Source: Eledone cirrhosa (taxonomy: Eukaryota). Taken from it: a stretch of 64,000 nt of DNA. The stretch is taken from positions 58,900,001 through 58,964,000 of the forward strand of contig OZ024748.1 in NCBI GenBank assembly GCA_964016885.1, written 5' to 3'. How positions within the stretch are numbered: the first letter of the stretch is position 1; each line of letters begins with the position of its first letter. The notes beneath the pieces were generated by a model. It was not told the origin of the DNA. It saw only the letters and a program-made list of their open reading frames with translations, and made no database searches. This document shows positions 55,546-64,000 of the stretch, in pieces. Position numbers and translations under genes: made by a program.

Positions 55546-57453
55546 CACATGCATAGTAAAATTATGTATATAAAATTAAATAAACATTACTCAAAAATAC
55601 ATTAGCTTATTTATCACCCGTTCTAGTAGAACCCCTAGTGACATATTATGGAACCGTAGGGTTCTAGGGAACACCGGTTGAGAAATACTGCTTTAAACAC
55701 TTGGCCACATGCCTTCTCTAATGGATACCATATGACAACGGCTGGGTAGTACCATGTGTGTCTACGTTGGGCCAGGGATCTCCGTTAGTTCCAATGACAG
55801 ATATTTCGGTTGTTTGAACAACGGAAATACTAGCTAATGAAGTTAACATACAAATAGACGACCATTAGACAAACACGTGTACACAACACGTAGTTCTCAG
55901 GCAGATTTTATGTGAAACAATGTTTGACAAGGTTGGCTCTTTAACTCACTGGTACAGCTCAATGTTGGGAGCTGAGTGGACTGGAACAACGTGAAATGAA
56001 GAATCTTACTCAAGGGCACAACGCACAACGTTGTCCGGATTCTAACTCATGAGTTTACTCTTGTGAATTGAATAGTCTCCACACGAAGCCCCGGAACTTC
56101 TCATCTGAGTCTGTCATACTTTTCCAATTCAATCGAAGACCTTCTCACTCCCGTTGGAGAAAACTCTCTCTGGTTGACATTCATCGCTTTCTGTTTGGTT
56201 TTGGTCATGTCAGGGCCGTTCCATGTGCTACTTTCAAAGATCTCCAACTGCATTTTGGTGAGGCTATTTAACCCATAGTTGGGATGGATGGCCATTGACT
56301 CTGAGGAGTTCATCTACCGTTTTTACAGCTCTTGTGTTTTTTTTATGCTACTGGGGTTCCACTTAACCTCCTCACCAGATTCTGGTATGGTCTGGTCTGG
56401 TCTATTCCGGTCTGGTGAGGAACCAGTTTATTTGTCAACCATTTAACCAGGAAGTAGGTCGTACTAGGTGACACGGTACCAATAGCAGGTAGAAACCTGA
56501 CCTGACATATTAATACTTTTAGCTCACATTATATCTATACATAACACTATTTTGTTATGCATTTTCAATAATAGAAAAGTGTTTCTAGTTCTTATTGTCT
56601 GGGACAAGGGAACAGAGGGAGTCATAGATGTCAGCGTTTCCATTTTGTTAACTGTTAAATATAAATGTTTCTAGCATCCAAATTCCATTCTTATATCAGA
56701 TGGAAAGGTTGTCAGGTTATATGTATACACATATTTTATCTATATGCACATTATGTATAAATTTATTTTCATACAAACACCCGTATAGACACACTCACAA
56801 ACATACGTATATATGTGTATATATATTTGTATGTATGTAAATATATATATATATATGTGTGTGTGTATATATTTATAGATATGTAAATATATATATATGT
56901 GTGTGTGTGTGCATATATATATATTTGTATGTGTGTATACATATATTTGTATGTATGTAAATATATATATATATATATACATATATGTTTGTATATATAT
57001 ATTTGTATGTAAATATATATATATATTTGTGTATATATATTTGTATGTAAATATATATATATATATATGTATATATATTGGTATGTATGTAAATATATAT
57101 GTGTGTATATATATTTGTATGTATGTATATATATATATGTGTGTGTGTATATGTGTATATGTATGTAAATATATATATATATGTGTGTATATATATATAT
57201 ATATATGTGTGTGTATGTATATATATGTGTGTGTATGTGTATATATATATATATATGTGTGTGTGTATATATATATATATGTGTGCGTATGTATATCTAT
57301 ATATACGTATATGTTTGTATATATGTGGATATATATATATGTGTGTGTCTATGATTAGAAATGTCTTCGTAAAATATCTATTAAGGTATGAAGCTTTGTA
57401 AGAAATTGAATTTTTATGTTTGTCTCTCTCTCTCATACATATATGTCTGTGTG

Positions 57454-57486
<33 letters not shown>

Positions 57487-57724
57487 ATATTTATATATGT
57501 ATGTGTGTATGTACATGTGCGCGCGCGTATGTGTGTGGTGAGAAAATGGTTGTAAAATCGTATGCAAAAGGAAATATACATGAATTGTGAAGGTGGTAAA
57601 TTGTAGATTATTGAACGCATGCGCAAATATTTCATCCTAGACAGTCAAATGAAGGACAGTGACCGCTGGAGAGAACTCGTCCATGGATCTCGGGAATTTT
57701 ACCCGCCCTATATATATATATATA

Positions 57725-57927
57725 TAGTTATGTAATAAACAACATAAGGCAATTATTCCATTTACCGGTGGTTTCTTAAAAGCAAAATATTTTGCTTTCA
57801 ATCCTCAGAATGAAAAAATCCTGAGACCAGGATTTTTTCATTCTGAGGATTGAAAGCAAAATTATTTACTTTTAAGAAACCACTGGTAAATGGAATAATT
57901 GCCTTATGTTGTTTATTACATAACTAT
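57725..57927. repeat. Near-perfect palindrome, about 100-bp arms
   Basis: Centre AAAAAATCCTG-AGAC-CAGGATTTTTT. The arms carry GAA-AGCAAAATATTTT(G/A)CT-T. Confidence 0.95.
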
Positions 57928-58004
57928 TAAGCTCTGTTACCTACATAGAGCACTCTTTTTTCCTGGACTTTTCCGACGGAATTACTTCACATATATATAT
58001 ATAT

Positions 58005-58250
58005 ATAGTAAATGAGTGAAGAATAACGTGGATCGGCTGTACAATGGGGTTTATTCAAAGTATTAACAATTGTTTCATTAGACCGGTGTGTCTAAAAACC
58101 ACTGTTTGTAAAAAGCTAAGTCACTCGATTTTAATTGCAGTTGATACCCGACCAAATCTTCAGAATACTGGACTAATGAAACAATTGTTAATACTTTGAA
58201 TAAATCCTATTGTACAGCCAATCCACGTTACTTTTCACTCATTTACTATT
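58005..58250. repeat. Inverted repeat, about 80-bp arms, with the HHR 5' half in the spacer
   Basis: TAGTAAATGAGTGAA...AACAATTGTTTCATTAG mirrored by CTAATGAAACAATTGTT...TTCACTCATTTACTA. Confidence 0.92.
58059..58169 (-). ncRNA. Type I hammerhead with long stem II
   Basis: AGTATT-CTGAAGA-TTTGGTCGG...CCGGTCTAAT-GAA-ACAATTGT-T^AATACT. Perfect 6-bp stem I and palindromic stem III. Confidence 0.78.
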
Positions 58251-61200
58251 ATTACTCCAAGTACCTCTTACCTAGGAAGAGTCTTGAATCGGCCACCCGA
58301 ACACCACAATTAAGGAAACTTCTTGTTGAGTCAAACAGCGCCGAATATTAAAACTATCCTCGATACAGAGTTCTCATAACCTCTACTTAGATTACCTTAA
58401 ACGATATCTCGTTAACTTATATATATGTTTATCCCGGTTTCAATCGGGGGTAACCACAGTAAGAAAGATACTCAATACATAGCAGAGTATAAATATTTAA
58501 TATAGAAATGGCTTCTACAGGATTAGAACTATTTCATTCGGGAGATTGTGTGTGTGATAATGAAAGTGGTGTAAACTATTCATTATTTGGTAAGGTGCGA
58601 TAAGCTCAATGCGTTAATAAAGTCGACAGCATCCTAGAATCCATGTCCATATATGGCAGGTGAGGTTGCACCATAATCTCTAGTGCTTAGGGCATCGAAA
58701 GAACTGAATTTGGCCTTGTTTCGAATAAAACTGTTTAATAATAAACCGTCTATATTTCCCAATGAAACTGCACAGAATAACACTAGCATGAAACCCAGCA
58801 CTACAAAAGAGCATGTCAACGACATACAAGCTGGATTTGCTATTCGACATTTAATACAAAGCAGTGCAATATTTTATCCAATATAATTTAACATAATATT
58901 TCAGCACTAAAACCCGCTTGTCAAATGCGGAGCTGAAACTGTTAAAAAAACTAAACGAACGAAAAGAGGGTAATAACCCTGAAATATGGTGTTAAGATAT
59001 ATTGGGTAAAACGTTACTTTGTTTCGTTTTATTTTTCATCATTTGCCTTTTATAATTTTCTACCGCATTATACCGGCTTTCAAACTAGATTTTGTTAACT
59101 AATGTTGATTCTTTAGAAAAGGTTGAAGTAATATATCAATTTTGACAGAGAATAGGATGTATATCACAGAAAGATGGAGAAAATTATCTGACAGAATTTC
59201 TGAGCATGAACATAACAACCAGCATAAATTGAATTATGCATCATATAAAAGAGCTGGAACGAAGAATTCGTTGAAATAAATGCTAAGAACGTTATCTGAA
59301 TAAACTAAATGTAACAAAGGGAAGGGGCCACACTAATGTTTAACATCTTCTAATTGTCATATTTTATTTTTGAGTGAAAGCATTCCGTAGTGATTCTTGC
59401 TTAATTAGTGGGCTCATAATAATAAATTCCTTAGGGTGGCTACACTTCTTTTTGTATTATTAGGATCATGTATTAGAAACCCACGCCTGAAAATGAATGT
59501 TGCAAATACATTATTCGTCAGTTGAATAATAAAATGGGTTTATGGTTCTGTGCTCCCATCTCGTTTTGAAACACTCTCTGAAAGTTAAAAGAAAATGTAA
59601 TATTTACCAACAGTTTATTGACCTCCTAATTCGGTACATGTTCATCTGACAACATTTGCTATTCACCCCATCCAAAGTATAGATAGTGGGTTTATGATTA
59701 ACAAGAGATGAATGACCTTTGAAGTCTGTTGTGAGAAAACAAATTCTGACGTTATAAACCGAGTTAAAGGAAACATTGAAATGGCATTGTCTTAGAAAAT
59801 TGTTGGAGTTAAGTACATGATAATGGTGACAGAACAGCAACAAAGTATAGCACAGATGATATTACTTAATACATGTCCTCTCGCTATCTTTTCACTATAT
59901 ACATGCATGGTTCCGTAACTGCTGGTTGCGGGAAGGGGAGAGGATTCGGTGGAGCACCATATTGGAATACAGAGTTTGTATGGCATATTTTTAAAACGCA
60001 GTGACGCCCATCTCCTCCCCAGATATGCATACAGCAGATTTCTTCCAGAGAAGGATAGAGAGTAAGAGAATTGAATTTTTTCAATATAATGGATGCCATA
60101 AATTGAACGTTTGTGACACAGAATCAGCAGAATGCTGCGCTGAATCAGTTCCCTTTTTCGGGGATTTTGACAGGGTCTATAATATCGTTTCTTATAGCTG
60201 AAAAAATCTAATTCTTGAGATACTCAGGGTGTTAATCATTACATCGCATGTCAACCACCCGGGGTGGTCAACTAGAATTGATAGTGTGAAATCATTCATA
60301 TCAAATCTTAATGTTCCTGCAGGATGTTCTAAAAATTAATCTGACGACAAAACCCAATAGTGAATTAACAGAATATAGGAAAAACACGTCTCCTTTTATT
60401 TCAGATGTAATCTTATGCCTTACATCTGTTTCAACATCCTTCCACTTAATAACATCTGCAGCATGATATTATAGGCAAGAGATGCTACAGTTGATTTTGA
60501 AATAGACAATGTTGAAATTGATAAATAAACTACAATCAAATGAGAAAACGAGAAATATATTATTTTTTTATTGCAAGCAGTCAAGTCATGGAAGCCATGA
60601 TGATAGCAAAGTATCCTGATACATAGATAAGGTGAGCGGACTCCCGTCAGTATCGACGACGAGTGTTCCAGTTGTTCAATCAATGGAACCACCAGCATGT
60701 AGATATAACTTATAATGTCAAAATATTGGGAAGAGGGAATAATTAACCAAGTAGGAGCGCTATTTCTCCGAATTGAGAGATCACAGCTTCGATATTAGGA
60801 CATGGAGTTAGAATGTTTCGGTAAAGAATCGCTGGACAGATTTTACAGGTAAAATTAGAGGTGGTTAACCCCGAGCAAGATGGTGGGATAACATCCATGT
60901 CCATTAACTCGGCTAGTCTCGCTTGGATATCCAGCCAGATCAACTGGAGACGGTTGCTTCTGACATGAGCTGCTAGGAAGAGTATTGAGGCATCTTCCCC
61001 CACAGCCCTCCCAGGAACAAGTGGGTGAATAAGATGAAGAAGAAGAATGGAATAACCAATTTTACTGATCCAGTACTTCACTGTTTCTTTATTCTCTGAA
61101 CCTAGGAAAAATTGAAGACAAAGTTGCTTTCAGTGAAATTTAAATCCAGAAGCTATAGAACCGTAAATACCACAATGTATTTGTCTAACGTCCTTTCCAT

Positions 61201-61413
61201 TCTTACAATCTACCACCCCCTACAGACCAGTAATATTTTTTTTACGTAGATACAAGGTCTCATATTTAAATGGAGAGAACAGTTGGTTACATCGGTTGAG
61301 GTACTTGACTGGTTCTTTATTTTATCGACTCCAGAATGATAAAAACAGTGTTAGTTGAATTTGCTGAGATTTGAACTTAGAACGGAAAGAACTGGAACAA
61401 ATACCACAAAGAT

Positions 61414-61444
<31 letters not shown>

Positions 61445-62499
61445 ACACACACACCCACACACACACACCCGCCAAGATTTCCCAACTTTACCAATCTCCC
61501 ACCCACTTCAATCAAGAAACAAAAAAAAAATAACTAGCAATATGAACTTCTACTTTAGGCACTGGGTTAGTAAATTAGGAGAAAGGCAAAGTTGATTAAA
61601 TCAACATCACTACTTGGTACTTTATTCTATCGATTTCGGAATGGTAAATGCAGAGTTGACCTCAATGAAATTTGAACTTAGAATGTATAGAATCGGAACG
61701 AATGCTGCAGGGAATTTTTTCCGACGATTTACCATTTCTATCACACCTCCACCTCCGTAAATTAAAAAGAAAGCCAGCAATAACAATAAGTTGATACATT
61801 CAACTATGCTCTTCCCATGAAAAACCATTTGGCCTCATTCCTCAGGAATCGTCTGCACTTTTACATCGGTCGGTTTTATTTCGTTCTTATGTACGCATTA
61901 CATTAACAGACAACAACTATCACCCTTCACTCTATCGACAAAGACTCTACTGTAACTCCTCTCATTTCTCTATCCCCCTCACCATTTCTGCATTTAAACA
62001 TCGTATAGGTCACATTGACACGACCAATAATTCCATGGAAAGGTGACGCTATCCTACTAAGGTTGTACATATTTGTTTATATCTTTTTCATGGTATCCTT
62101 TTTTTTATTTTTATTATTATATTTTATTTTATTTCATATATTTATTATTATTATTATTATTTTTGTTTCTTAACATTCGGTGGAACTTAATCTTTAGAGA
62201 ATACGTTGTTCGTGTCAACAACATAAAACTGACCAAAATTCAAAAGTTTCTTGTCAGAGAATATTTAATGTAAAGAATTTATATACGAATTGTTTATTGA
62301 AACTGTCTGAATACTCTCACCATGCAAATCCCCTTGAACACAACACTTTCAATCATAAAATTTGGTCATATTTCATTTTCTAGTATTGTGTAAGTCAAAC
62401 TGAAGTGAATAGGTGCAACCATACTGATTTCAAAATCTCTTATATATAATGGGAATTCAACAAACCAGATATAAACTTTCGCAGTACAATCTAGCATTA

Positions 62500-63360
62500 T
62501 TATTGGGGTCGATAAAATAAAGTACCAGTAATGCACTGGGTAATTGCTGGCCTTGTGCCTAAAGTAGAAACAATTATTATTAAAGTGGAGTTATGGTCTG
62601 AGTTCAAATCCCGCCAAGGTTAACTTTGCCTTTCATCCATACGGGGTCGATAAAGTACCAGTAATACACTGGGATAATTGCTAACCTTGTGCCAAAATTA
62701 GAAACAATTATTATTAAAGTACCAGTAATGCAATGGGATAATTGCTGGCCTTGTGCTAAAAGAAGAAACAATTATTTTTTATGGATTCTGAGTTCAAATC
62801 CCGCCGAGGTTAGCTTAGCTCTTCATCCTTGCGGTGTCGATAAAATAAAGCACCAGTAATGTACTGGAGTCGATTTAATCGATTTCCCCCTCCCCTTCAA
62901 ATTGCTGACCTTGGGTCTAAAGTCGAAGCAATTATTATAGATTGGTAGTGTCGTTAGAACGTCGGACAACATGCTTTGTTATGGTATATAGTTATGGCCA
63001 TTTATGTTCCGAGTTCGAATCTAGCTGAGGTTACCTTAGCTTTTCATCCTTATTGGTGCGATAACCAGTAATGTACTGGGGTCGATTTAAGCGACTTTCC
63101 CACCCGCAAAAATCGTTGGCCTTACATCTAAGTCAGAAATGATTATTATTATAGATTGGCAGGATCGGTAGAGCATCAGACAACATGCTTTATTATAGCA
63201 TATAGTTATGGCCATTTACATTCTGAGTCTAAATCCCTCCGAGGTTAGCTATGCCTTTCAGCCTTACATGGTCGATAAAATAAGTACTAGTAACGCACTG
63301 GAGTCGATTTAATCGACTTTGCCTTTCCTTTCAAATTCTTTGCCTTGTGCTAAATGTAAT
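62500..63360 (+). repeat. Head-to-tail array of SINE family B units and fragments
   Basis: GAGTTC(A/G)AATC..GAGGTTA..TTGCCTTTCATCC..GTCGATAA..ACCAGTAAT..CTGG recurs about five times in the same orientation. Confidence 0.8.
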
Positions 63361-64000
63361 GTTGTTGATGCTGCCAGTTGCGTTCACTCTGAACATCAAG
63401 CTACTATAAAACCATGTCTTCAGATATTCACCAGACAACGTAAAGTTCCATCTACCAAGGTAGACGTGCTTTCTGTAGTTTTACAAGATTTATTATTAAA
63501 AAAATCTTAGCCATTTGTTGATATTTTCAGACAATGTAGCGAGTGGTTGTATTATAGCAGGAATTACTATTATTTCTCATAAACAATATATTAATAATAG
63601 AAATATATATCTTGCAAATATAACTGAAATATATTTTGTGCATAACAATAACGTTTTGGCGCTACTCTTTTAGCTTTCCGCTGATAACCATAACAGGCTT
63701 GTTGTGTTTTTACTGCAAGCGTTAGAAACACAGCCTTGTGTCCGGAAAATATTTATTTAATATATGTATATGAGGCGGAAAATTGGCAGAGTTGTTAGAA
63801 CGTCGGATAGAATACTTTGTGTTATTCATTTCCTCTCTCAGCTCTCTGAGTTCAAATCCCACAAAGGTCAACTTTGCTTTTCATCCTTTTGAGGTTGATA
63901 AAAAAAAAAGTACCAGTCAAGTACTGGGGTCGGTTCTTATTCTCGATATCTCCTTCTCACTACCATTCCCTCACTCTTTATCCTTCTCTGGAAGTAATCT

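Noticed and set aside
59600-61081. Possible exons of another gene in relatively unique sequence (e.g. donor-like GTAAGG on minus near 60420)
   Set aside because: No recognisable protein or consistent splice chain; needs RNA-seq or homology search.

Overview
AT-rich, microsatellite-saturated eukaryotic DNA. The repeat content looks like an octopod cephalopod genome, which is an inference. The only host gene I can support is the 3' end of CFAP20/BUG22: two phase-0 coding exons at 583-771 and 6232-6345 (+). The remainder is a retroelement graveyard threaded through (TA)n/(TG)n tracts. It holds two tRNA-derived SINE families, several RTE-type LINE fragments, an L1/Tx1-like 3' end, and two decayed Penelope-like elements (RT + GIY-YIG) flanked by long inverted repeats. 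The most striking feature is a dense set of type I hammerhead-ribozyme (HHR) motifs from several sequence families: about a dozen with canonical cores plus variants. Most lie in small non-coding fold-back palindromes inserted in (TA)n. The families share an architecture: HHR with a palindromic stem III, then a short spacer, then a conserved ACTC-stem-TN-GAGT hairpin, then a tail. The short arm of each palindrome usually stops just before that hairpin. Long ORFs rich in Y/I/C/V/H/T are microsatellite artefacts.
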